Source: Magallana gigas
Taxonomy: Eukaryota
DNA: 64,000 nucleotides
Assembly (NCBI RefSeq): GCF_963853765.1
Contig: NC_088854.1
Span: forward strand, 18,104,001-18,168,000
Reading direction: 5' to 3'
Shown here: positions 13,150-25,930 of the stretch, one piece after another
Layout: each line of letters starts with the position of its first letter
How positions within the stretch are numbered: the stretch's first letter is position 1
Made by a program: the position numbers and the translations under genes
The notes under the pieces: generated by a model
Told to the model about the DNA's origin: nothing
Databases searched by the model: none
What the model saw: the letters and a program-made list of their open reading frames with translations, nothing else

Positions 13150-16100
13150 GGTTTAATACTGATCTACATAGTATTTTTTGTGTTTGTTTTAGGTTCAATA
13201 CTGAAGGCAATGGCTACAAGGAAAATTTTATCAGCTGACACGGGCTATAAAGGGACACAACTCAAGCTTACACTGATACTTGAAGGAGGCCAAATTGTAG
13301 CATTTAAACCTAGATGGTACTAGCCATGCATGCACAGTTAAGAAAATGAATAAAACTGTTTATTTTTTGCAACAGTATAAAGAAGAGGGACTCCCAATTT
13401 CAGGGGGTTTTTTTACCGCCTGTGGTCCATCCATCTGTCCCTTTCCCATTATTCTGTCTGTAAATATTTTAAATATCTCTTTTTATTTTTAGGACCACTT
13501 CATTTCTGATCAGTTAAACTTGGCACAAACTATTCTTAGGGGAATAGGGATTCATATAGTAAATTATTTTAAAGAAAAGAAAATTAAAACACTGTGAAAA
13601 TTGAGTTTTGATGTTTTAAAAATGTTTTTACTGCTATAAACTCTAAGAGCAGGATGTTTTATAAGAAATACAAAAGTAAACAATATACATGTAATACACT
13701 TTGGAAAAAAAACATTTAAAAGAAAACACCTGATATTAATTAGGGCAAAAATTATACTATTAGTAATTACCTGTACATTTCATGCAGGTACAGAAGAGAG
13801 GAGATTTTCACAGAGACTCCATACTCTGGTGCTGACCGTCACAATGGAGAGATTGCTGCATTCCACCTCAACAGGTAGTCACTCAATACTGTATACATGT
13901 AGTATAGGGAAATTATCATGCACAGTGATACAGAGAAGTACCGTGCTACAAGTTCTTATTTGACAGTTCTTGTGGTACCATTACCTAATAGTTGTGAGAT
14001 TACCAGCATTACTACATGACTTCATGCCATTAATCAGTAAACATCCTTTTTTATCACGTAAGAAGCAGTAGTGGATGCTTACAGAGGATGCTATACCAGT
14101 TTTATATTTCATTCCCCAACAGTTAGGGTACAGATATATTTTGTATAAAACTCAAATTGTTTACATGTATGAAAGGATGAACAACATTTTTCAACTGCTC
14201 CACAAGTGAGACGTTTATAGTTAATCAAGTTTTCTTGGCAATTTTTTCACTACAGGATAATGGAATTTAGACGTACTCCTTTAGCTGTGGGAAGAAAAAT
14301 CAATTTAAACACAGAAATCATTCCAAATGGATCAGAGCAGCTACTGAAGACATTTTTTGTCAATGGTAAATTTAGACAACTCTCAGAGTTGCATGTTCGT
14401 ATTGATAAATAATTTGATTCTTCCTCCCTTGTTTATTGTTTTGGTAGAGATTTACATTAGCATGATTTTCTTTTTATCGCACCGATTGAGTCATTACTGC
14501 AGAAAAAGTGCAGATATATGATCTATCCAATGCTTTATGCGTATGAAATATGGAAATTGGTCTTACTCAGTCAAGTCCTGCATGCAGGGGTTTGGGTTGG
14601 TTGCAGTAATGTAGTTGCTTTATTATCCTCTAAACAATGACTTTAAAATAAATGGATAAATGAGATCAAGAGTGGCAGCACCCCACAATAACTGTTAACC
14701 TTTGAATTGAATTTGATTTCAAGGTAAAATTTAAAGTAATTATCAGTTTAAAATCTGAATAACCCTTTTTAAATAATTAAGAGCCAATATTGGTCTCTTA
14801 TTCGTGAAACCTTATTCGAAAATAAATACTTTAAAAATTCATCAAAAATTATATCAGTGTGATGAAATACCCTTAGAGTCACTGCTACTCAAAAAATATT
14901 GACATTAACTCAGTTTTGAATTCATGATAAAATAAGTTTAGATGACAACTTGTAACTCATTTATCTTTACACATTAAACTTGATGTAGTTTTTGCCGGGG
15001 ATTCTATGAAACTTTGCTTTATCGAAGAATTTGCTATATCAGTGTTAAAATTATACTAAACGGGTTTTACCGTATTAAATTAGAACAGTATACAATTATG
15101 ACAATGACACAGGGTAACTGGTACATCATACTTTTTCACTCATATTATGCCAAACAGAAGAAAAGAACACTTTTTTAATACAATACTGAAAGTTTTCATT
15201 GTAAATTTCTCCTGTAATCTAATACCAGTATATCATTGTATGAGTAGTAAAAAAGGCATTTTGTATTTTGTTGTAGGTTCAAACACCTGTTTTTACGGTA
15301 AATGTTACTACTGCAAGGGGGAGGAGACGGGTGTGTGTGGTGAGGAGGATATACTGGAGGGGGCTGTTATACTGTGGCTTCCCAGGGCTTACCCCTTAAA
15401 GACTCACAGACATCCATGGGCCAGAACCTATGTCACTGGAAAACTAGCACAGTAGGTTCTCCAGTGTATAAGGCCACATCAAATTAGTTTTTGGATTCTC
15501 ATCCTTGCCCGCCCTCTGAAAGTGACTTGCTCCAATATATTTAATTTTTATTTTGAAAAAAAAATTGTGTGGAAAAAAATTAAAAAAAAAAAAAAACGGG
15601 TTTGGTATACAAAAAAGTCAATATATTTTATTGACTGCTTGACATGTTGATTATCATTTGATTCCAGTCATGTTTGTTATTATTAGGACACAAATTTCTT
15701 CATGCAGTAAAAAAAAAATACACCAATCTGCCCCACATTTTTGCAAATCAGGATGAAATTGAATCTTAATATTTATTTTATGTGGTCTATATAGATTATT
15801 ACATGGAAATTTATGTTATGATTTTTATATCATATACTTATAAGAAATTCCATCTCTCAGTTGTATTTTTACTTGGCATCTATCCTATTTACATGCTAAT
15901 GGGTAATTAAGACCTATGTCTTTGGATTTTCTATAGTGATCATTCTGTCCACCCATTAATAATATCATTTGTCCACAATATTTTCAGCATGAAAATTGCA
16001 GCTCATATTGCTTTAATACATTTCTTCACAATTCACTATTATCTTTATGTCCTTTATTAAAGGGAAATTCATTGATAACCTCAACGATGATATCTTGTTT

Positions 16101-18050
16101 TTATTGGATATTTGAAGCCTGAGAAAGTTTCCTATCAATTATTATTCCCTTTTTACAGGGTAAATGAGCAGGAAACGAACATTTGAAATTAGAAATTATA
16201 CATGTATGTTAAAGAATTAAAAAAGAAATTCTCCAATAATAAGCTGATGTATAAAGACCAAGGCTGAAAATATCAATGAATGTTGGATTAAATCGTCCTC
16301 ACAATTGATGTAGAGTTCATTGCAACATGTATAGAGAGAATGCCTCAGATATTGTTAATGGGGTGTTGAAGAAGAGCAGTGGACAATGCACTCGTTTATT
16401 ACAGCTGAGTTCCGAGTCTGAACCCCCGTGGTCGTAAGTAGTTGTATGTAAAAGGGTGTGGTAGTTTCCCACCTGAACACGTGGGTTTTCTCTGCTTGGG
16501 TACTCCAGCTTCCTCCCACACCAATGACCCCCTCACGCTATCTTGCCAACGAGAGATATTAAAATAAGCTGCTGAACTAGTTTATTACCAGTAATCATAG
16601 TAAAATAGATGAAGTTTAGTTGAAACTGTTAAAATGCCCATCTGAATTAAGCACAGAAATACCCAGCATTTTGCTTTTTTCCAGCTGTTCTATTGAATTT
16701 CAGACATGTTTTTCACCAACACAGTTTTCTTTGTTTCAGATGGGAAAAAGATCCAAATTACTGCACTGCTGTTCAAGCCAGCCATATTTACTCTCAAGGA
16801 CCGAGGCTTCTTGATCTTATAGACACTGCTATTTTTGATTTTCTCATTGGAAATGCAGACAGACACAGATATGAAACCCTTGGAAATCAGATGGAATCTG
16901 TCTTTCTGATGCTAGACAATGGAAAGAGGTAGTCTTTCAATACAAGCTCAAGCATTTTCTTTCTTTTCTTTTTTTTTGGTAATGTGTGTTCCAAGAAAAT
17001 ATATTAATTATACAATGTCTCATTGATAGTTAAAAAATTTAGGATTTTAATGTCAAATAAATTCTCTGATATTATTTAATTAAGAAATGCTTTAAAAAAA
17101 AGTAAAAGTTTTCTCCAATGAAGTAATTTTTATCTTTTATATTAACCACAAAAGCCATATTTCAAGGAAAAGATACCTGGTAAATCATTGCTTAGTTTTA
17201 CTGGTATTTTTACAGCTTTGGTAACCCTTTCCATGATGAAATATCAATCTTGGCACCTTTATACCAATGCTGTATGTAAGTAGTATACATACCAGTATTC
17301 ATCATTATAAACAACATATCTGCACCAATGGCTTATCAATGTGATGTATATTCACTTACAAAATTGCAAAAACAATTTGAAATTGAACATCATCTTGTAA
17401 AGAATGTTTTTAAAGGCTTTTACCAATGCAGAATTTGATTTCAAGAATTTATAGAGTCACACTGGAGTAGTACTGTATATATAATGGTAATTTTTCCCTC
17501 GTGTTTTTTTCTCCCTTATACAAATGTAAATGATTTTGCACTGTCTAAAATTTGCACCAGGCACATTGAAATTAATAGAGATAACTCTGTCTTGTATCAT
17601 TTCACCCAGTCTTTAAATTTTCCCACTGAAAACTAGGGTAAAAGGGGCGAAAATAAAACAAGGGCGAATATTTCCCATCAAACAGTATCTTAAATTTGCT
17701 GGTCTCAGACTAACCAGCCATCGATTATTTCAAGCCTTCCACACTTTTAATTAAGTTTTAGTTACTGGTAATCACAAAATCCCATGTAAATTGATTATTT
17801 TAGTATTAAATTCTCGTAAATTTTTCTTAGAGTTAGAGATGAGACATACAAAAGACTGCTTACCCTTAAGAATGGAGTACTGAGTAAAGTGCTAAGACAG
17901 GTGCTGAAACAGGACCCGATATCCCCGATACTGGCCGAGCAACATTACCCAGCCCTTGATAGGCGTGTGACAATTGTACTAGAGAAAATTCAGACTTGTA
18001 TTGATAAAGTACCAGGAAAAACAGTCTTGGTAAGAAAAAAAGGGTCTTAA
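1876..18050 (+). CDS. FAM20B: Glycosaminoglycan xylosylkinase (FAM20B), 8 coding exons, 426 aa
   Basis: Exons 1876-2191, 13193-13316, 13788-13874, 14256-14365, 15277-15451, 16740-16928, 17216-17275, 17831-18050. All introns are GT-AG with compatible phases; 1281 nt ending in TAA. N-terminal type II TM segment ([15 protein letters not shown]). FAM20 motifs [41 protein letters not shown] and LDNGKSFG. The PW..REV.PE..PE.G..L.AMAT segment fits FAM20B. An acceptor at 1820 implies an upstream 5'UTR exon. Intron 1 is about 11 kb. Confidence 0.95.
2624..3952. mobile_element. Non-autonomous PIF/Harbinger-like DNA transposon
   Basis: TIR GGCCAGCATTTTTTTATTTTTAGGTTTACAAAC and its reverse complement ending at 3952; TAA on both flanks (2621-2623, 3953-3955). 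Confidence 0.7.
4997..5190. mobile_element. MITE with about 30-bp terminal inverted repeats
   Basis: AGAACCATTTTAACAAGAGCTTGAACT versus AGTTCAAGGTCTTGTTAAAATGGTTCT. Confidence 0.65.
6499..7460. mobile_element. Three abutting TA-joined MITEs: A 6499-6794, B 6797-7172, C 7175-7460 (C is an inverted copy of family A)
   Basis: A and C have ends AGGTGGTATGGG / CCCATACCACTT and share a tRNA-like core in opposite orientation. B has TIR AAGGGGCATGGTCA(T/C)GATTTTGGTCAAA. TA dinucleotides sit at both junctions. Confidence 0.75.
8432..8482. repeat. (GA)n microsatellite
   Basis: Direct reading. Confidence 0.95.
9611..9804. mobile_element. MITE, TACTGTA...CAGTA family
   Basis: Short TIRs and a 3' GGGCGAAAATAA motif shared with the element at 17471-17687. 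Confidence 0.5.
9805..10197. mobile_element. Non-autonomous Crypton-like element with long internal palindrome
   Basis: Palindrome 10031-10194: AAATAGTGCCTGTTTGGGAGGGTAAGAGTTGAAATTGAC...CCATTGTCAACC, 13-nt spacer, then the reverse complement. Family assignment is from memory of oyster repeats. Confidence 0.55.
13101..13146. repeat. (GA)n microsatellite about 50 bp upstream of the FAM20B exon 2 acceptor
   Basis: Direct reading. Confidence 0.95.
16355..16580 (+). mobile_element. SINE remnant with MetaSINE-like central domain
   Basis: GTGGGTTTTCTCTGCTTGGGTACTCCAGCTTCCTCCCACA at about 16480-16520 resembles the conserved GGTTTTCTCCGGGTACTCCGGTTTCCTCCCA SINE core; degenerate tRNA-like head upstream. 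Confidence 0.55.
17471..17687. mobile_element. MITE, TACTGTA...ACAGTA family, in FAM20B intron 7
   Basis: Terminal TACTGTAT / AACAGTA with 3' GGGCGAAAATAAAACAAGGGCGAA. Confidence 0.55.
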
Positions 18051-19501
18051 CAAAGACTTTCTATAGATCTTTTTAATGAATTACAAGGTGGCAGGAATTA
18101 GGATAATATACAATTATACTTGTTTAGCATACTAAATATTGTTTAGTTCAGGTTAGCTAGTTGTTTGAAATCATTTGTTTGCTAAAATGTGCATTATTTA
18201 TTCTGTTTAATCCAACATTATTAACTAAGTAAGTGTATATGTTTTACATTTAATTTTTCGTTTTATCTTGGAATGTTCATTTTCTAGTCAGGCTTGCCAG
18301 TACATGTATCATTGATTTTTCCCAAATGATTTTTTATACCATATTACTGTGTATGACAGAGCATCTATTTTTCATTAAGAAGTTTAGAATGATAACACAT
18401 GTGCATGTTACTTAATTAAGATTCAATGTCTTTCACTAAAACAATTTTATTATGGAGTAAAATGAGAGATAGACTTAAGAGTGGTAGACCCATAGTAACT
18501 GTTGTATATTTATGCAAATTAAGACTCAAAACATTGTTCTTTTAAACTTTGTTATTATAATCATTTATATGCTGAAAAGTGTAAATGAATCCTTCCAAAG
18601 TCAGTGTATGAAAGGGGATGTGAAATTAAACTGATAATGTCTTAGTGGATGAACATGTAATGGTTGTCTTCAGAGAGAATCACTTAGGGCATTAATTGTT
18701 TTATCAACATCATATTTGTGTTGTAGTTTGTATATGATTCATAAGGGTTGGTTCTTTACAGTTTTTTCTATTTAAGGTTTATTTTTATCCATGAAAAAAT
18801 TGTTGGCAATAACTTTAATATTGTACAAAATAATTGTTTTTCTCTTTGTTATTTTTAATCTTAGAATAAATTAATTGCAAACAAAATTCTTATTTCTTAA
18901 TTAACACAAACTTATTATTTCATTTTGTTGAAATACGGGCCTAGCAAAGTTTTTTGCACCTTCTACTTCATAAAAAAATCTTCAACAATGTAAATCTTTT
19001 GTAATACCTGGCCGGTAATATAAAAGTGACAAAAGTCTTACATTACAAAAATTTTATATACATGTACGTAATAATATGAATTTGTAAGACAGCTATGGTT
19101 TTGAATTCAATATATTTCATGTAACTTTTCAATTGTCATGAGATGTAAAAAATGTAGATGTATAAATGTAAGATTTAATTGTGAAGTTTGTCAGACCTCA
19201 GGACTTTGCTGTAACTGAGTTTTGCTGTACTTTGTGACAATTTTTTTTTCATAAGGTGCATGAAAGTTACATAGAAAAACGATAATCACTATGCTACACA
19301 AGTATCTGAGTCATTATGTGTGTATAGATGATTATATTTTGATGAAGCCATGTCATTTTACACATTTTGTCAGGAATAACATAAAATCAGACATTGATCA
19401 TTGCGAGTTTTCCTGCACCACTTTTTTATATAAAAATCAAAACAAGGTGATTGAGTCTATTGGAGTCATCAATAACTCTGCTGCATGTACAGGAATGTGC
19501 A

Positions 19502-22500
19502 TTAACTCTGAGGCACATACAGGTTATCAGGCACAATATTTGCATTACACAGACTGGATGAACAGCAGAAGGTGCAGGAGAAATACTCTGCCACATATCT
19601 GTTGGGATCATATCCAGAGCATTCCTGTCTGTCCGAGGTCTGATCCCACCACTGACTTTTACACTCCTTTTCTGTTGCACATCTGAAAAGGAACACAATC
19701 CCAGAGGGTTTGTTAACCAGGCTCTGAGGCCAAAAAAGTTAGACAGGCTCACTTTTGATCAAAGTCTCACTTTTCCACTATACTGTGGAATCATCATTGT
19801 TTGTGGGGGACCAATGTTCGTTGCTTTCGTGGGTAACCCTTGCCCACAAATATACATTCCTACGAATTTATATCCAATCATTTGTTTAATATTTATTAAA
19901 ATTATCCCGATTACTCTACCAACGAAATTACCTCCCAATGAAGCAGGAAAATTTTGGCTAACCACGAACATTGACCCCCAAAAACTAGAATGATTCCACA
20001 GTATATGTTCTGTGGAATCATTAGAATTTGTTGTGGCTCAATTTTTTGTGGAATTCGTGGGTAGCTCTCACCCACAAATTTACATCATTGATGAAAACAA
20101 ATTATGAAAGAGTTACTTTTGTTTCTGAAACTGAAATTACATCCCCACAAATAAGCAAAAAACCCACAATCCACGAAAATTGGCCCCCACGAATTTAAAT
20201 GATTCCACAGTCTATGCCTTTTATAATAGTGAGACTTGGATCAAAAGTAAGTTTCTCCAAGTTTGAAGACCTCAGGACGAGCACAGAATTATGACATATA
20301 CTCTCTAAACAAAAAGGATATTGCTCAAACTTCTTTGTGAGAGAAAGACACTTTTGTATACTTTATATGGCAATGAAACTGATATTGAAAAAAAAACTCG
20401 ATACCCCATCAAAGAATCATGCTTTCATTCTGAGTCTTCAGTGATTTTGATGTATGAATGAATTAGAAGCTATTAAGAGTTTGTTTCACCTGCAATCACT
20501 ACCCTTTGATGATTTTATTGGGTTAAAAAATCTGATTCTTACTTTCTATCTACTGTCCTAGATCCATCTTTATTATTCACAAGGATATTAAGGCAATACT
20601 GCTGCTCACTGGTATCACATTTCATTGGTGTAAAATACTCCTCACAGATGTAAATTGGCATACCATTACACAAATTGCAGGAGGCTAATTTGAAAAAAAG
20701 GAAAAAAACAATGAAATATGTTGCAAATATATTTTGTAATGATTGAGCATTAGTTATACTTATAGCAAAAAGGTCAGACACTTTTTAAATTTTATCATGA
20801 ACTAACACTTTTATAAAGTTTCTGCGAGTTTAGGATTCTTTAAACAAAATGCAAAGTGGCAACGATAAACAAAATAAATTTGGTTATAGATTAAATTTTT
20901 CCAAAAGCAAACAAGGTTATAATTTACAATGATAATCTTATTTTATTATCACTTTCTGAAGTTAAGTCCATAAATTTCAGTTTGTTATTAAAAAATCTGG
21001 CAGGCTTTCTAATAACTGCAGGTCTGCAGCTCCCAGTCTGAAAAAATGGGATGGACTTCCTGAATTTTTTCAGACTGGTAGCTACAGATCTGCAGCTAGC
21101 TTTCTGAATGTGAAATAAATTCATTATTCTATAGCAATTGTAATTAGCGATGTGTGATATCTTCAATATTAATATTTTTTCTAGAAGCTTTAATGCCAAG
21201 GATTTTTTGGAACTTTGTTAACTATTCCTTTGCCAAGTTGTGTGATTGTAAGAGGAAAGAAACATGAAATTCAAAATTCCTAGCATCTAGGTATGAAATT
21301 ATATTATGAAGCCTATAGGTCCTAGCTTAAAAAATTAGAATGAAAAACTTACTGGGTGGTTTTGGAGCAGTTGTTGTAGTTGTTGGGGTTGTAGTGGTTG
21401 TTGTTGGTGTAGTAGTAGTGGTTGTTGGCGTGGTGGTAGTAGTCGTTGGTGTAGTGGTTGTGGTTGTAGGTGTAGTGGTGGTGGTTGTTTGGGTGGTGGT
21501 AGTGGTTGTTGGTGTAGTTGTAGTAGTTGGCGTAGTGGTGATGGTTGTTGGTGAAGTGGTTTTTGCTGGTGTATTTGTGGTTGATTTATTGGTGGTTGGC
21601 ATATTGGTGGTTGGAATAGTGGTTGTAGTGGTTGGCTTAGTGGTAGTTGTTGGTGTAGTGGTAGTTGTTGGTGTAGTGGTTGTTGTTGGCATAGTGGTTG
21701 TTGTTGGTGTAGATGTTGTCTGTTCCGTAGAAGCTGTTGTTACTGTTGTCTCTGGTTGTGTTGTTGGTTCCATAGTTGTCATCTCTGTTGTTGGTGTAGA
21801 TGTTGTGGATTGGGGTGTTGTTGGCTCAGTTGTGGTCGTCGTTGTTGTTGTTGTCATTGGCATTGTAAAGTTTATAGATTTTGTTGTTGTTGTAGCTTGA
21901 AATGAGTAAAAATATTCATGAATAAAGCTGTTAACAGATAATCAAGAAAACAGAAGTTTAAGGTCAGACGACACGTTCCTTGAGCATCTTTTTTGTATCT
22001 CCTTGTAATAAAGAGTTCCAATAAAAAATATTAATTTTATAATTATTTTTAAAATGATTAAAATTTACTTGTATATGTCTAGATGGCCGATTGGTTAGAA
22101 CCGTGGCCGCTCACTGCCAGAAGCGTATAGGTTCTAGAGGTCGTGATTCAAAGCCCTGCCCGGCCGAGATAGAGTTCCAATATAGTGAATTTCGCTGTGC
22201 TTTATATTTATTTTTTTTTATATCAGCAATTCAAGTGTATTTTCAAGAAGATTTTGTAGGAAATTGCATTCTCTAGTATTTTGCAAAAATGCCTGGTAAG
22301 GTACCTTAATTTTTTTCAAGAAAGCTTGTCAAAGTAGTAGTAAACCATTAAAAAATTCCTGGAAAAATGTTATATAAAATTAAGGAACGTGTCGTCTGGG
22401 GTACTTGTGATATACTAGTATACTTACGACATTCATAGTTGTCAGGGAGGGATATCAGATGGTGATCTCTGTCCACAAATGCCTCCCTGTCCTTATACAC

Positions 22501-25309
22501 TACAATAGGAAGGGAAATAGTGTTTCGCATTAATGATGATTTTGTTTAAATTAGTTACATACCAACTCTTAATTTGGATTATTGTTGACATTTTCAATTT
22601 AATAAAAGTAATACAATAACAAGAGGCTCAAGAGCAATAATGCTCACCAAAGTATGATACAGCTAGATGCCCAGTATTAAGTTAGAAGATATATAAGTAT
22701 GAAATTAATTGTCAGAACAAGACACAGTGAATTTCCTAATTCTGGAATAGGCCACCATCGATGCATCAAATGTACCTTATAGATGCACAACAGATGATCG
22801 AGAGATGACTTTTTAAATATTAATGCATTTCCACAATATGATCAATAGAGATCCACCATGACAAAGGGGTAATGAATAGATTTCACAATCATTGTAAAAA
22901 CCTCCTTGCTCACTATAATCATTTAAACCAAACTCAGTTTGTCTGCTTAATATCAAGTAGAAGAGATATTTTTAAGTATTTCTTATCCTTTAGATTCTAA
23001 TCATTCTACACAATAAAGTTGACTTAAAATTTTTTGAAACGTTTCACAGACGATTAAAAAATGATTTAGGCCCAATGGACGTTTTTTAAAACTATGACAA
23101 TCTATCAAACTTTTAATCATCTTTCATTGTAACAACATCAAGATAAATTCTTACGGTCAGGGTCTTGTATATCAAAGGCGTTACACAGATCCCCTTGGCA
23201 GCACTCGGCCTTCAGCTGAATCAGATTGTTACTTCGGCGAGAGCGAAGGAGTCGCTTCCTGACGGGAGGGGTAAACTCGACCAGAGTCGGCCTCGTTGTG
23301 GAGGGCACCGCAGTGGTGGTGGTGGTAGAGGGCGCATTCTTTGTGGTGGTTTCCAGAATATTGTTTGCATGAACAGCTTTACACAACTAAGTAAATAAAA
23401 GCATTCGCTTTTCAATACTATAGTAATTACAGCCTCAACTCCCTCCCTTATAATAATAAACAATATCCAAGACATGATACAGCTGAATACGGTTACCTAA
23501 TTTTATGTGTATATAATGTCTTTATTTAATGTCTACAATCTTTCGAAACTGTACATGTTTAATGTACAAAATTCAAAATTTAAGTGGTCAAAATTAAAGG
23601 GGTAGATAATTGTGTACGTTTTTCACCTCTATTCGTTTACAGCCCTGTTGGTAGACAATGGTTGCAGACTGGTCGGGGTTGATCCTAATTTCCTGAGTCA
23701 GTAGGCACATCTAGATCAACCAATTCAGAATTCAAAATAATGTCACTCAAATTCACCGATTTTTAACGATAAAAATATCAAATTGTCAAATGACAGTGCT
23801 GTGATTCACGTGGAACTCACTTCGTCGTCCTGACAGAATGTGGTCTCGGTGCACTTGGTCGGGTCCAGAGAGTCCTGGCAAGAGTAACATCTCGTGGCAT
23901 CAGACCCAGATGATTTAACTATTGACGTAAAAAAAACATTATTTTAAGCGAATTGAATTTATTTGAATTAAGATAATTGAGAGCGAAATCCAAAAACAAT
24001 CATTTTTTACGGTATAATGTAAAACTTTACGTTGTAATTATTAAGTTTTAAACTGTAAAAAGAAATGTTTAACATTTTTGGCCCCGATCACAATTACTGT
24101 CATTTGAACAACCCATTATTATCAGTCATTTATCAGTCATCAAATATATTTTTTAAAAGTACAATAATGGCAAAAGCAGGGACGTATATACGAGTCCCTG
24201 ACAAAAGGGAACGCTTCATAATAAATATTACAAGTAATATACATTAGTTCTTAAATTAACGAATATATTGGCAGAATTTTTGCGTCACAGAACAAAAGCT
24301 TCGCTTATTTAAAAAGGTTAGGCATTAATATTATATAAAGCCTTCTTACATGTATTTCAGTTGAACGTATTATTTGCGAATCGTTTGCACCAGAACGCAA
24401 AAAATAATCTTAGTTGGCTTTTAAGTTATTTTATATTTAAATGAAAAATAAATTAAACAGCCCTTTGCTCTAACGGCAAATAATCAATCCTGTTTGTGGT
24501 CTGCAAAGTCAAAATTTTTTTTATGCTATATTGGATAATTTGTACGACTGTTTTTGTTGCTTAAGTTTCTTTGCATATGATATTTCTAGTTACTTTGTTA
24601 AGTTGCTTTTCCCATAGCGTACACTGAGAATGAGCAATTAAGAACTTTCTCCTCCATATTATGACGTACTTCTTATCGAAATATGCAATAATATCAGGTA
24701 TAACATTTATACCTTTTTTCTTTCCCAAAATAGCTACCTAACAGCGGCGCGCAATGGGTTAGAGTGGTAACTACAAATCTTTTGAGTTCGAGTCCCTGTT
24801 ACGCTTTTATAATTTTTGCAACAAATTTTAAAACATTATTCGGTCCAATATTGTTAAATCTAAAAATGTTAAACCAGTTAAAGTATTTTGTTTATAAATA
24901 GATGGAAACAAATGTCTACTTACAGTCGCACAGATCCAAGTTACAGCGGTCCTTGGTGCAGCATTCTGAGCAGTGAACGGGCCGTATCATCTGTCGCTTT
25001 GATCGCACTCTTGCTGTGTGGTTACTCCCATTGTAGCTAAACCCACTCTCTTTTTCCTTACACTGCGCAATGTGACAGATCTATTATAAAAAGAGACCTA
25101 TTAGTAAAATCAAGCGAAACAAGTAATGTAATTATATATATGATAAATACGTTAACAGAATACCACTCAACGTGTTCAAATAGCTGTCTTGTGTAGAACC
25201 TAAACATAGGCGTCGGAAGCAAATTGAAAGTGGGGGGGGGGGGGCTAGACTAATCCTCAGAAATATTGAGAAAAAAGTAATTCCCAAAATCATGAAATTC
25301 CTAATCCGT

Positions 25310-25343
<34 letters not shown>

Positions 25344-25862
25344 ATACCTATACTTTCAAAAAAAAATTACTTACCCAATATTTTTTTTTCCCATTCTTAA
25401 TCTAACTTCTCAATCTTTCGAGGTAAATTTAGGAACAATAATCTTTCCTGCGAGAAAAAGTGGGGGGGCTGAACCCTCTATCATGCTATGTTTCAAATGG
25501 TTAGGTATAACTTTGCAGCCCCCCCCCGGTTCCGACGCCTATGCTAAAATAACTCGGAACATTTAGTTCCATTCTGAATATATTTATCCACGTCTGGTAA
25601 ATCTGCACATACACATTTACCAGTGATATTACAAAGAAATTTATAAGGTTATTAAAATAGGTCCTTGGGATCTATAAATAACATTAATTACAATGGTAAC
25701 TAACCGCAGTACTCCGACAGCCGGCATTGTACTTGTAGATGTTGAGCTCCTTGCCATCGAGGACTGTTATCTCTGAGTATTTGTCTAGAAAGCAGTACTG
25801 CAAAAAAGGTGGTTACTATCATTGAGCAATCCTAGTATGCATCTCTCTCTCTCTCCCTCCCT

Positions 25863-25930
<68 letters not shown>

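Noticed and set aside
12991-13192. N-terminal part of ORF 12991-13323 with ER repeats
   Set aside because: Intronic (GA)n read-through; only 13193-13316 is FAM20B exon. ORF 25819-26112 is likewise a microsatellite artefact.
21340-21900. 186-aa Val/Gly-rich + strand ORF
   Set aside because: It is the antisense shadow of the Thr/Pro mucin exon on the - strand.
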